A stretch of 63,727 nt of DNA, counting the filler, from Octopus bimaculoides (lineage: Eukaryota): assembly GCF_001194135.2 (NCBI RefSeq). It is 5 parts of 5 records of this genome, joined end to end, with 100 filler letters (N's around TTAATTAATTAA, not from the genome) between each part and the next. Parts side by side here need not be neighbours in the genome. Positions count along the whole stretch, not along the records: positions 1 to 15,014 come from NC_068990.1; 4 more parts are not named here. One strand, 5' to 3'. Position 1 is the first letter of the stretch. Each line of letters starts with the position of its first letter. A program made the position numbers and the translations under genes. Below, one piece after another: positions 1 through 13,486 of this stretch. The notes under the pieces were generated by a model. The model saw only the letters and a program-made list of their open reading frames with translations, was not told the origin of the DNA and did no database searches.

Positions 1-45
<45 letters not shown>

Positions 46-316
46 TAATTAAAGGAAATCAAGCAAACTAAATAGTTTCCGTGAGTATCGATTATTTATT
101 AGGAATCGATCAACCGACACTAATTTGGTTTTATTGCATGTCTGCATTCGAAGCATAACTTTCCGCTAATTGATTGCATCTGATGCACACGTCTGTGTGT
201 GCACTAAAACAACTTATGGCGCATATTGCGCCACTTTACCTGTTACCCTTCAAGTCAGGTGAAGGATGATTGTGGGCCATGTTATTTCTAGGTTGATCAG
301 CCGATCCAACGACTCT

Positions 317-317
<1 letters not shown>

Positions 318-389
<72 letters not shown>
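318..389. repeat. (TAG)n microsatellite
   Basis: Direct reading. Confidence 0.95.
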
Positions 390-391
<2 letters not shown>

Positions 392-493
392 TTGCTGTTG
401 TTGTTTTTGTTGTGCCTAAAATCCCTGCTCAGCTTCTGATCAAAGGAGATGCATATCGTCTTTTATTTAGTCTTAGCTTACCAAAGACAACGT

Positions 494-535
494 GGAGGCG
501 CAATGGCCCAGTGGTTAGGGCAGCGGACTCGCGGT
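494..535 (+). mobile_element. 5' tRNA-like head of a SINE, cut by an N gap
   Basis: ggaggcgcaatggcccagtggttagggcagcggactcgcggt contains an A-box-like TGGCCCAGTGG and is identical to 1549-1577 over the overlap. Confidence 0.75.
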
Positions 536-545
536 NNNNNNNNNN

Positions 546-589
<44 letters not shown>

Positions 590-795
590 CACGCATACGT
601 GTACTTGTACATGCAGAGATAAAATATAGATATTCATATTCGTATACGAAGCGTAGAACCATGCACACACACACATACGCAATCATATATACAGATAGAT
701 AGATACACACACACACACAAACATACATATATATAAATACATACATGCATACATACATAATTATATGAAAATATATATACACATGCATGCATACA

Positions 796-835
<40 letters not shown>

Positions 836-1548
836 NNNNNNNNNNNNNNNNNNNNNNNNNNNNNNNNNNNNNNNNNNNNNNNNNNNNNNNNNNNNNNNNN
901 NNNNNNNNNNNNNNNNNNNNNNNNNNNNNNNNNNNNNNNNNNNNNNNNNNNNNNNNNNNNNNNNNNNNNNNNNNNNNNNNNNNNNNNNNNNNNNNNNNNN
1001 NNNNNNNNNNNNNNNNNNNNNNNNNNNNNNNNNNNNNNNNNNNNNNNNNNNNNNNNNNNNNNNNNNNNNNNNNNNNNNNNNNNNNNNNNNNNNNNNNNNN
1101 NNNNNNNNNNNNNNNNNNNNNNNNNNNNNNNNNNNNNNNNNNNNNNNNNNNNNNNNNNNNNNNNNNNNNNNNNNNNNNNNNNNNNNNNNNNNNNNNNNNN
1201 NNNNNNNNNNNNNNNNNNNNNNNNNNNNNNNNNNNNNNNNNNNNNNNNNNNNNNNNNNNNNNNNNNNNNNNNNNNNNNNNNNNNNNNNNNNNNNNNNNNN
1301 NNNNNNNNNNNNNNNNNNNNNNNNNNNNNNNNNNNNNNNNNNNNNNNNNNNNNNNNNNNNNNNNNNNNNNNNNNNNNNNNNNNNNNNNNNNNNNNNNNNN
1401 NNNNNNNNNNNNNNNNNNNNNNNNNNNNNNNNNNNNNNNNNNNNNNNNNNNNNNNNNNNNNNNNNNNNNNNNNNNNNNNNNNNNNNNNNNNNNNNNNNNN
1501 NNNNNNNNNNNNNNNNNNNNNNNNNNNNNNNNNNNNNNNNNNNNNNNN

Positions 1549-1917
1549 CCAGTGGTTAGGGCAGCGGACTCGCGGTCATAGGATCGTGGTTTCGATTCCC
1601 ATACCGGGCGTTGTGAGCGTTTATTGAGCGAAAACACCTAAAGCTCCACAAGGCTCCGGCAGGGGATGGTGGCGAACTCTGCTGTACTCTTTCACCATAA
1701 CTTTCTCTCACTCTTACTTCCTGTTTCTGTTGTGCCTGTAATTCAAGGGTCAGCCTTGTCACACTGTGTCACGCTGAATATCCCCGAGAACTGCGTTAAG
1801 GGTACACGTGTCTGTGGAGTGCTCAGCCACTTGCACGTTAATTTCACGAGCAGGCTGTTCTGTTGATCGGATCAACTGGAACCCTCGACGTCGTAAGCGA
1901 CGGAGTGCCAACAACAA
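1549..1917 (+). mobile_element. tRNA-derived SINE (resembles octopus OR-type SINEs)
   Basis: Partial A-box and B-box-like GGTTTCGATTCC, a non-tRNA body, and a 3' tail ending gtgccaacaacaa. Family name is from recall only. Confidence 0.75.
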
Positions 1918-4900
1918 ACAACCGAAGACAACATTCTCATATGTTTGTCTTTAAAAAAAAAAGCAGTTGAAAAAGTTTTGAGTACTATTTCTAACAAAAC
2001 TTTTTCAACTGCTTTTTTTTTTATGAGTACTATTTCTAACATATTGTTTAACCACATAGACGCTTCATTACTGACTTAAGTTAATACAAACCGATGATTT
2101 GCAAATTAATATTAATCTTAATACATTCCAGTATATACAAACGTAAATATGTTATTCGTTGTTGTGTACGTCATAGGAGAACAACTTCTCACTTTTCACG
2201 ATGGTAACGTGTTCATAAGACGATCAGTTAATTGGCGCGCGAGATTCTGGGTTACAGATACCGTTGTAAAAGGAAGTTCTTCTCCTGTGACACACACAAC
2301 AGCGACAAGCATATTTGCTTTCGCATCAGTCGTAACGTATTAAAAATATGTATCCAAAGCATCGTCACAGATTTCGCTATCCACAGAGCAAATAACGATG
2401 TTTTAGTATACTCCTTTTTGGTAGAAATTGTCCAACGCTATTTTCTTATAAAACAAAGTGTCCTTTAGTTTATACAACAGCATTAGGCAATTGTAGGGCA
2501 GTTTAGCAGTTATTTCTAGCATGTATTGAATCTACATTGGCCCAAGAAGTTCGAATTGATGGTTGCTAGACAGGTTTCGAGCCACAGTGACTTGGTCAGA
2601 TCTATTTAAGCACTGTAGGAGTAAATTATCTGAACCACATTCTCTTCTTCTTCTTCTTCTTCTTCTTCTTCTTCTTCTTCTTCTTTTCCTCCTCCTTCTT
2701 CTTCTTCTTCTTCTTATTATTATTATTCTTTTCCTCCTCCTCCTCCTNNNNNNNNNNNNNNNNNNNNNNNNNNNNNNNNNNNNNNNNNNNNNNNNNNNNN
2801 NNNNNNNNNNNNNNNNNNNNNNNNNNNNNNNNNNNNNNNNNNNNNNNNNNNNNNNNNNNNNNNNNNNNNNNNNNNNNNNNNNNNNNNNNNNNNNNNNNNN
2901 NNNNNNNNNNNNNNNNNNNNNNNNNNNNNNNNNNNNNNNNNNNNNNNNNNNNNNNNNNNNNNNNNNNNNNNNNNNNNNNNNNNNNNNNNNNNNNNNNNNN
3001 NNNNNNNNNNNNNNNNNNNNNNNNNNNNNNNNNNNNNNNNNNNNNNNNNNNNNNNNNNNNNNNNNNNNNNNNNNNNNNNNNNNNNNNNNNNNNNNNNNNN
3101 NNNNNNNNNNNNNNNNNNNNNNNNNNNNNNNNNNNNNNNNNNNNNNNNNNNNNNNNNNNNNNNNNNNNNNNNNNNNNNNNNNNNNNNNNNNNNNNNNNNN
3201 NNNNNNNNNNNNNNNNNNNNNNNNNNNNNNNNNNNNNNNNNNNNNNNNNNNNNNNNNNNNNNNNNNNNNNNNNNNNNNNNNNNNNNNNNNNNNNNNNNNN
3301 NNNNNNNNNNNNNNNNNNNNNNNNNNNNNNNNNNNNNNNNNNNNNNNNNNNNNNNNNNNNNNCTTCTTCTTCTTCTTGCTCCCGCCCCCTCTCTCTTCTC
3401 TCACCGCTCCTTCATTCACTTAACGTTGGACACGATAACGGACGTAAAACATATCCTGTTAAGTATAGATTTTTCTCTGATATTGTTCCATCAAATGTAA
3501 TAACACCTTAGGGTGTTCGCTACTACTCACCAGAATACTATAGCCGTTGTTATGGTTGTTTACTCCCTCAGCCGCCCTTACAGCACAAGCAACACAAAGA
3601 TTTGTTCAGAATCTTAGCTGTAAACTCTTGATTAAAGAAACATAGGAGACACAAAAGCGGTCTTCTATCAATCTATACAATCCATTACATCACTTGTTAC
3701 CTTGTTTAATCGATCACGAAAGGGAAAAAAGAATACCATATTAGGCATTTTTATTTGAACTCAGAACGTAAAGGGCAGTAACAAAATATCTCAAATCATT
3801 TTGTCTGGCGCCCAGACAATTCTACCAACTTTTTATTCTGTCTGAGTAAGTATAATAAGACGGGATCTTATATCGGCTTCAGTGTGTTAACTGTCTATGA
3901 ATACAATATTCCCCGTTGAACAACAGAGTAATCCATCACAAGTTAAATGCAATTTGAATTGAAATGATACCTTGCTAAAGGACACAGCACACCACCCTGT
4001 CTGGGAATCGAAATTTCGACCTTACATTAGTGAGTCCAACACCTAAATATTTACTCTACAACACCATCGTTCCTAGACGCTAAGCTTTAACTTTTATTTG
4101 TTTCAGTCATTGGACTGTGGCCAAGCTGGGACATAGCCTTGGAGGGTTCGAGTAGAACAAATCGACCCGAGTGCTTTTTTTTTTTTTTTAAAGTCTATTA
4201 CTTATCCTATCGGTCACTTTTGTTGAAACGCTAGGTTATAGGGACTACCCAGACGTTGATGACACATTCTGAAATCAAAGCAGAGAACAGAGTAGAAAGA
4301 AACAACGCAATGACGTTGAAAATAAAAAGGAATTGATAAGGAATCAAACAAACAGATATTTAGATACGCGGTAGATACCATTAGGGAGCAAACGGTGCCT
4401 GGTTGTTGGTCTTGTTATGGTTGATGATGGCGGTGATGATAATGATGATGAGGAGGAGGNNNNNNNNNNNNNNNNNNNNNNNNNNNNNNNNNNNNNNNNN
4501 NNNNNNNNNNNNNNNNNNNNNNNNNNNNNNNNNNNNNNNNNNNNNNNNNNNNNNNNNNNNNNNNNGGAGGAGGAGGAGGAGGAGGAGGAGGATGGTGGTG
4601 GTGGTGGTGGTGATGACTATAACGACGACGGTGACAGGAGGAGGAAGAAGAAGATAAGAAGGAGGAGCAGGAGAAATAGGAAGAGGGGGATAATTTGTCT
4701 TGATCGAGTAAACAGAGTCAAACTTTGACCATCCCTATTTTTGTTGTTTTCAAATACATGACAAATTCCGAACTACTTGTCATAAAGTCTTCAGTCTTTT
4801 ACGACAGTAGGGAGTAATTTGAAGAATTTTGTCTACTGTTTTTAGCAGATTGTTTAACTACTTACAAGCTCCCTCGTTATTTATTCAATCTGTGACTAAA

Positions 4901-5786
4901 ATAACTTATTGACTAAAGCAGGAAACTACTTTAACAGTAGAAAACAGACCCGATAGATGATCGAATTGACACCGTGGGGGAGATTACTGGTACATGTTCC
5001 TGCCAACAGTGGAATCTCTATGTAGTCATATGTTATGCTAGAAGCAGTAATCGCAATCCTCTTAAAATCACATTTTCCTGCCTGTAAAATGGAGGAACAC
5101 ATTGGATTGTGTAGTCTAGAAGAAGACAAAGGATTCACGGTTGGAATGGTTTTGATTGTAAATCTGTCTTTTTGAAGGTTAACCGGTGTTCAATAACACT
5201 ACCTTGTAGTCACTTGATAAGTGATCTTAGATATTAGCTCCTGAAAATGGTACAAGATAACAGCTAAGACCATTACTAAATTATATCATAAAACCATGAG
5301 AAGAGACATATTGTTTAAAGTAGTTCTAGATATGTATGTCAGATGAACACATTAGATTATATTTTACTAGATAAACTATGCCTTTAGAAAAGATCATTGG
5401 TTATGGCTGTATCCATAAATCTGATCATCCAGGTCAAACTGGGATTAAACATAGGCATCCTAATTGCAAGACTTTTCGTAGTAACTTGGCTTGCTAGAAA
5501 TATCAGTCAAACCTTACTCAAAGAATATATGAAAAAATAGAGAAAATGTTTTAGATAATGTAGTCGTAATTACTCTTAAAAGCAAAATGGCCACAGTTGG
5601 AATGTTGTTTAGTATAAGTTTGGTATGATCAACGTTAACCTACAGTTAGCCAACAATAGATGGTTGATCCAGCTTATGTGTAAAATTAAAGCAATGATGT
5701 GTTCACGGTATTTGAATCCGGAAAATCGATATATCGCACAAAACGATTGGCAGAATTATTTCTATTTATTATTTAAATAGTTATTT

Positions 5787-6220
5787 AAGGTAGTGAAATG
5801 GCAGAATCATTATCACGCCGGACAAAATGCTTTACGACTTTTCTTCTGGTTTTATGTTATGAGCTCGATTTCTTTCGCCGAAGTCAACTTTGCCTTTCAT
5901 CCCGTCGGGGTCGATAAAATTAGTACCAGTCAAGTACTGGAGTTGATGTAATCGATCAGCCACTTCCCCCAAACTTTCAGGCCTTGTGCCTGTATTAGAA
6001 AGGAAAGGCAGCAAGCTGGCAGAATCGTTAGCACGCTATACAAAATGCATAGCAATATCTTGTCTGTCTTTATGTTCTGAGTTCAAGTCCTACTGAGGTC
6101 GAGTTTGCCTTTCAACTTTTCAGGGGCAATAAAATGAGTACTAGCACAGGAGTCAATGTAATCGACTACTACCATCGTCCAGCAAAGTTTCAGGCCTTGA
6201 GTCTATAATAGAAAGGATTT
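5787..6220 (+). mobile_element. Two tandem copies of a second SINE family
   Basis: Two diverged units (about 5787-6004 and 6005-6220) share ggcagaatc...gtcgactttgcctttca...gtaccagt...gatgtaatcga...caggccttg. Related copies at 15938-16150 (-) and 46198-46405 (+). Confidence 0.7.
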
Positions 6221-7037
6221 ATATTGTTATGTATTTAATGTATTCCTTTAGTCAAGACACTAGATGGGGTCTCTGTGAGTCGGGAGGAAAGAGGAAACGA
6301 AGCAAGATATACTCAAACTAATGATTTGGCCTGGATCTCTCCAACGGAGTGGACTCCCTTAGAAGCACCCAAGGGCCAGGTTGTGATGTTAAACCCAACG
6401 ATGAAAATAAGAAAATCTACCAGAGAAGACCAAATAGCGATCTCCTCAGATATGCATCAGCCATAACGAAATACGAGAACCGAGAATATAACTTGGAATG
6501 CATAATGTGCCATGTAGTGGGATTGAACCAGAAAGAAACATCTTAGTGTGGGACTGGGAATCTTCATCGCATATTTCTTAACCACACAACCAATACCAGC
6601 ACCCAGAGGTTGAACTTCTGTAACTTACACTAACTCCTACCAGCAAATGAAAAACAGCAAACACGCATACATTAAGTAAACGTTGGTGCATTAGTGTATG
6701 CTTGTGCATGGAGGAGGTGCTATTTGGGGCGTGTGCATCTGTGTGAGTGTGTGCGCGCGTGTGTGTGTACTAGTGTGCGTATGCATGTGGGTATATGGGT
6801 GAGTAGTTGACAATACAGGTATCACGCGACAATTTTAAAACATTAAATAACATGCGTGTGCATACCGTTGCGTCTACACTTTGTGTATTCTTTTATTCGT
6901 TTCAGCCATGCGGCTGCGGTCATACTGGAGCACCCTATATAATTTTTACGAAACTGTTTCGTGTGTGGATGTCCGCATGCGTATCTTTAATTTCATCAAT
7001 TCTAAAATAGATATATGCATGAATATACATACATATT

Positions 7038-7143
<106 letters not shown>

Positions 7144-8284
7144 CATACATGCATACATACATATATACATACATACATACATGCATGCATGCATACTTAC
7201 ACACATACATAAACACACAAATATGAATTTATACATACATGAATATATACACATACACATGCATTTAAGCCCATATATATATATATGTGTGTGCTTGTTT
7301 GTGTAGGTATATATGTACGTATCTGACTACACGTCGCATTATATGTTATACTGAGACTGTTAGGTAACATCTAGGAATATGTGTGCGTATACATAAATGT
7401 ACTTGCATATATAAATACGTAAGCACATAGGCTTATATGTATACATCTATACATACATATATAAACAAATGCTTAGCTTTTATGTGGATAACTTCGGACA
7501 GTACAGGCTTGTGTCCGTTCTAACTGATTTTATGAAAAGAAACACGCCTTCTGCTTTCCACCTGCCACCTTCCGCCATTTCGCTCCCAATGTCACCACCG
7601 CCATTACCACTGCCAGAGCCATCATTATGATCATCACAGCCATCATTATTACTAGCACTTCCACCACCATCATCATCATTTTTACGAACACCTCACCACC
7701 ACCTCTGCAAAATGAAACAAGAAAAACAAGTAAAACAAATAAACCAAGAAAAACGTATCAAAAACCTAGTAAAAATGAGTATACGTCACCGTTTTGTTCA
7801 CAACTATCCTTCTCTTTTTATCCGTCAACCAGCGACACTATCTCTCCAACAACCCCCACCCCCTCTCACAAAAACACAACACCATCACAATCGCCATCAC
7901 CACCAACATCATAGGATACCCCTTTCCTAATTCCACTGACACTCTCCCATTCAATAGAATATCGTTGTTCAAAGGGTGCATAGAAATAAGTTAAAATACG
8001 CCATCTTGTACTATTCATGACTGCTTCCTCTATATTGGAAACATTCCCCATCTATTTAGCTAATGTTTTCTTATTGTTGTTCCGGCTTCAGCTTATCTAA
8101 ATTGCATATATACACATACGTATACATACGTACACATGTTCAAACATTCAGGAATACGTTGACACATATATATACACTATAACATATCACCTTATATAAA
8201 CATATAATATATAATACATATAACATATGTATATATATATATATGAGTATATATGAATATATATGCATATATATATGTATGTAT

Positions 8285-8326
<42 letters not shown>

Positions 8327-8945
8327 NNNNNNNNNNNNNNNNNNNNNNNNNNNNNNNNNNNNNNNNNNNNNNNNNNNNNNNNNNNNNNNNNNNNNNNNNN
8401 NNNNNNNNNNNNNNNNNNNNNNNNNNNNNNNNNNNNNNNNNNNNNNNNNNNNNNNNNNNNNNNNNNTATATATATATAAGTATGTATGCATGTATGTATA
8501 CGTATATACATATGTGTGTGTATGCATGTATTCAAACATGTATACATATATTCTTATATATATATATATATTTATATGTATACATGTGTGCGTGTTTACA
8601 TGTATGTATGTATGTATGTATAAAACATATGCGTGCCCGTGCAAATATGGGTTTCGTGCGAAATATTGATATGTATAAAAAGACATGAATATTGATATGT
8701 ACACAAAAAGATAAATACATGTACACACACACATGTATAGCTGTGTGCCTGCACATGTATTTGTCTATATAACTGCGTCTCTGTATGCATATAGGTATAC
8801 ATACGTATATGTGTATATAAAAGATGTGTGTATTCACATTTTTTCTCTTCCCTAAATTTTTATTTATATTGATACCCATACTCATTTGTATATTATATAT
8901 AAACATGTGCACATGCACATATAAATTACATCTATACACATTCGC

Positions 8946-8998
<53 letters not shown>

Positions 8999-9941
8999 CT
9001 TATATATATATGCACCTGTAAATCTGTGTTTATGCATATATATGCTCATAATTAAATATACACACGAACATATATGAGTGTCTATGCACATATATGTGAG
9101 TGTATGTGTATGTGTTTGTGTGTGTATGTCTATGTAAATCAAATATATGTATACACACACATATACACACGCATACGCAAATGCAACTGTACAATCATGC
9201 TTAAAAAGAAACCCACACATAAATCCAAAACATATCTATGCATACACTTGGCATCATAGACACATACATAAATACATAGACACACACTCATATACACACA
9301 CATATATACACATAAATGCCGGTATACATGTAGAAACCTGGCTTCTTGTGAAGCTGGGAGAATGTCACGTATGTTAATGCATAGCTAGGTAATCTAGTTG
9401 CTTTCTTCTATTGTTCGGTCTTACGTTTGTTCAATGACCTGAAAGAGTTTGGTTTAGATATGGCTGAAGATCAGAGAACTCCCTTGCTTACAGACCAGGC
9501 ACGATCCTGTCCCTTTGAATTATACTGCAAAAATATTGCCCAATACAATAGACTTTAGCCTTAACGTGGTCATCGCTTCAGTTATTACGCAACTGCAACC
9601 GTTTACAATGGAAGCACGTTAGTCGGGTATTGCTTGCATATACCTATATTTTACCTTTTAGGAGAACACAAATTTTTCTAATCCTTTCTATCAATATATA
9701 CTTTCCTACAACTTTATGAATAGATATACATATTTTTACCACAGCAGACCAAAGTTTGCTTTCCATTTAGATTGATTTATAATTTCAACATACAAATGGT
9801 TTTCTTGCTTGTAAACTCATGCAGCACATACACACAATACACACATACATACACTGATACACACGTCTTTATGCATACGTATGCATACACATATTTACAC
9901 ACGAAAACACATATATGAACACACATGCATTTGTATACATA

Positions 9942-9977
<36 letters not shown>

Positions 9978-10543
9978 NNNNNNNNNNNNNNNNNNNNNNN
10001 NNNNNNNNNNNNNNNNNNNNNNNNNNNNNNNNNNNNNNNNNNNNNNNNNNNNNNNNNNNNNNNNNNNNNNNNNNNNNNNNNNNNNNNNNNNNNNNNNNNN
10101 NNNNNNNNNNNNNNNNNNNNNNNNNNNNNNNNNNNNNNNNNNNNNNNNNNNNNNNNNNNNNNNNNNNNNNNNNNNNNNNNNNNNNNNNNNNNNNNNNNNN
10201 NNNNNNNNNNNNNNNNNNNNNNNNNNNNNNNNNNNNNNNNNNNNNNNNNNNNNNNNNNNNNNNNNNNNNNNNNNNNNNNNNNNNNNNNNNNNNNNNNNNN
10301 NNNNNNNNNNNNNNNNNNNNNNNNNNNNNNNNNNNNNNNNNNNNNNNNNNNNNNNNNNNNNNNNNNNNNNNNNNNNNNNNNNNNNNNNNNNNNNNNNNNN
10401 NNNNNNNNNNNNNNNNNNNNNNNNNNNNNNNATATATGGCTACACATAGTCTTTATTATATACACACATACATATGTAATTGTATTGGCCTATTTAAGCA
10501 ACATATAAATATTTATATACATATTGTAAATCATATATTTACA

Positions 10544-10582
<39 letters not shown>

Positions 10583-11615
10583 CGTATGTATACATGTATG
10601 TATGTTTATGTATGTATGAATGAATGTATGTATAAGTGTGTATATTCATCGAAATACATATACACATATAACCTGAAATATATATTTTTCCATCTGTAAC
10701 ACGTGTAATATAATGGCGGCCAACTCCGATTTCTCTGACGAGTTGTTAGAGTTTCCGATCAAGTAATAACGGCATAAATAGCCATATTATAACTCTTTTA
10801 TAACTTACTTTTTAGAAGGTTCTCTTAAGCCACAAAAGCCATTTCCACTAAGAACTAACAAACACATAACAAGCTAGACAGTTCCACAATACTACTGGTA
10901 CAGACAGTATTATAATATTATCTAGAAATCATTCTTTCTCTCTCTCCTTCTTTCCTACCTCTCTCTCTCCCTCTCTCTCTCTCTTTGTTACTACAATTCT
11001 TTTTTTAAACCAAAACTACCCAAAGTAACTGATTGTTTCAACCACTACTGCAGACAGTTACCCTCAGCGAACAAGCGTTAAACACCTCTCTTGTGATGTG
11101 TCTGTCTGTCTTTTCATCAAGATAGTTGGTTATTACTACATACCTGAATTCACTCTTTCTCGCTCTTTTCTCTTCTTATCTCCCCCACTCCTCTCACACA
11201 CTATTTCCCTCAGTTCTACTCTGTGAGTGTGTTTCACTGTCAGCATGTATATTATCTCTTCACATTAGCAGTTTGTGTTTTTGTTTCCTTCTCTCCATAG
11301 GTCGCTCTCTCTCCTTCTCTCTCTCCCTCTCCATATCTCACCCTATCTCACCCTATCTCCCTCTCTCTCTCCTCTCTGTTCTTCCCTCACTCCTTCTGTC
11401 TCCCTTTCTTCCTCACTTACTCTGCCTTACTCCTATTTCTCTCAATATATGTATGTGTGTGTGTCTGTGTGTGTGTTCATAAGCACCTACATAATTTTTG
11501 TTTTATTTAGTTTCAGTCACTGGAACGTGGCCAAGCTGGGGCAACGCCTAGCGGTTATGGGGGCATAAAGAAGCCAACACCAGTTAGTGGAGGACATATA
11601 CACACATATATATCA

Positions 11616-11773
11616 GCGCAGGAGTGTCTGTGTGGTAAGAAGCTTGCTTTCCAACCCCATGGTTCCGGGTACAGCCCCACTGCGTGGCACCATGGGCATG
11701 TGTCTTCTACTATAGCCTCGGGCCGGCGAAAAGCCTTGTGAGAAAATTTGATATTGGAAAGGGAAAAATGCCC
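11616..11773 (+). mobile_element. 5' half of the dominant tRNA-headed SINE family
   Basis: gcgcaggagtgtctgtgtggtaagaagcttgc...ggcatgtgtcttctactatagcctcggg matches the copies at 45283-45681 and 50479-50850. Confidence 0.8.
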
Positions 11774-11781
11774 ATTTCATA

Positions 11782-11817
<36 letters not shown>

Positions 11818-12571
11818 TATATTCTCTTACTCTCTCACCCTTACTCTCTCACTCTCTTCCCCTCTCTCTCACTCTCTTTCTCACCCTTACTCTCTCACTC
11901 TCTTCCCCTCTCTNNNNNNNNNNNNNNNNNNNNNNNNNNNNNNNNNNNNNNNNNNNNNNNNNNNNNNNNNNNNNNNNNNNNNNNNNNNNNNNNNNNNNNN
12001 NNNNNNNNNNNNNNNNNNNNNNNNNNNNNNNNNNNNNNNNNNNNNNNNNNNNNNNNNNNNNNNNNNNNNNNNNNNNNNNNNNNNNNNNNNNNNNNNNNNN
12101 NNNNNNNNNNNNNNNNNNNNNNNNNNNNNNNNNNNNNNNNNNNNNNNNNNNNNNNNNNNNNNNNNNNNNNNNNNNNNNNNNNNNNNNNNNNNNNNNNNNN
12201 NNNNNNNNNNNNNNNNNNNNNNNNNNNNNNNNNNNNNNNNNNNNNNNNNNNNNNNNNNNNNNNNNNNNNNNNNNNNNNNNNNNNNNNNNNNNNNNNNNNN
12301 NNNNNNNNNNNNNNNNNNNNNNNNNNNNNNNNNNNNNNNNNNNNNNNNNNNNNNNNNNNNNNNNNNNNNNNNNNNNNNNNNNNNNNNNNNNNNNNNNNNN
12401 NNNNNNNNNNNNNNNNNNNNNNNNNNNNNNNNNNNNNNNNNNNNNNNNNNNNNNNNNNNNNNNNNNNNNNNNNNNNNNNNNNNNNNNNNNAAACCGAGAG
12501 AGAAAAATATGCAGAGTTCAAAGGTCCAACATGGCGATATGACTGGAAAAAAGAGGATGAATGAAAGGGAG

Positions 12572-12636
<65 letters not shown>

Positions 12637-12974
12637 CGTAACGGTGGCTCGAACGAACTAAGGTGCACAAGTATGTGTGTGTATGTGAGAATGGTCTGTG
12701 TAAGTTACGTGTGTGTGTGTGTTGTGTGCGTATAAACGTGTGTATATGTGTGGGGCTAATGTGCGTGTGAGCTTGTGTGTGTTGTGTGTAGCAGTTGATG
12801 TGTGCTTGTTTAGATAGTGTGTGTCTGTGGGCAAATAGTGTATGATTGTGGGTGGAAGTTATCTTTGTCTAAACGCGTTGCGTGTGTGTGTATATATTGT
12901 CTGTGTTCAGGTATTATGTGCTTGTGCGTGTGTGGGAGTGTGCATTGTGTATATATATATATATATATATATAC

Positions 12975-13453
12975 TTTTATTTTTTCACTTGTTTCAGTCA
13001 TTTGACTGCGGCCATGATGAAGCACGGCGTTAAAGGTTTTTAGCCGAAGAAATCGACCACAGAACTTATTCCCTGCAAGCCTAATATGTTATTGTTTCTC
13101 TTTTGCCGATCCTCTAAGTTACCGGGTCAAACACATCGACATCAGGTGTGAAGCGATGGTGGAGGGACAAACACAAACACACAAATACATACATACTCAT
13201 GTGTGTGTATGTGTGTAGATAGATACATACATACATGTATACGATGAACACAAAGACACACTCACAAAAATAGACATGCTTATATACATATACGAAGGGT
13301 TTCTTTTAGTTTCAATTTACCAAACCAACTCACGTGACTTTGGTCGGCCTGAGGCTACAGTAGAAGACACTTGCCTAAGGTGTCACACAGTGGGACTGAA
13401 CCCGAAACCATGTTGTTGGGATGCAAGCTTCTTACCACACAGCCATGCCTGCG

Positions 13454-13456
<3 letters not shown>
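12975..13456 (-). mobile_element. Near full-length SINE of the dominant family, with a central CA/TA microsatellite
   Basis: 3' end cttgtttcagtcatttgactgcggccatg and 5' head ...cttaccacacagccatgcctgcgcc, collinear with other copies. Confidence 0.85.

Positions 13457-13486
<30 letters not shown>

Noticed and set aside
217-233. Perfect 7-bp hairpin TGGCGCA-TAT-TGCGCCA
   Set aside because: Too short to distinguish from chance; no Helitron-type CTRR end or other context established.
494-1577. Apparent duplication of a SINE head on both sides of two gaps
   Set aside because: The 29-nt overlap is identical and abuts Ns; most likely overlapping contigs with a misplaced microsatellite contig (546-835) in between.
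494-1600. tRNA gene call for the A/B-box sequence
   Set aside because: It continues into a SINE body and tail, with no complete cloverleaf or oligo-T terminator.
4735-4800. Minus-strand CTGAAGA, a 7-bp hairpin and GAAA
   Set aside because: The hairpin is offset from the core, there is no G10.1-C11.1 pair, and no helix III or NUH site.
4926-5138. Minus-strand ORF with a good acceptor (tccattttacag)
   Set aside because: No convincing donor or recognisable protein motif.
9460-9558. Short ORF MAEDQRTPLL...
   Set aside because: 32 codons, no convincing splice donor or homology.
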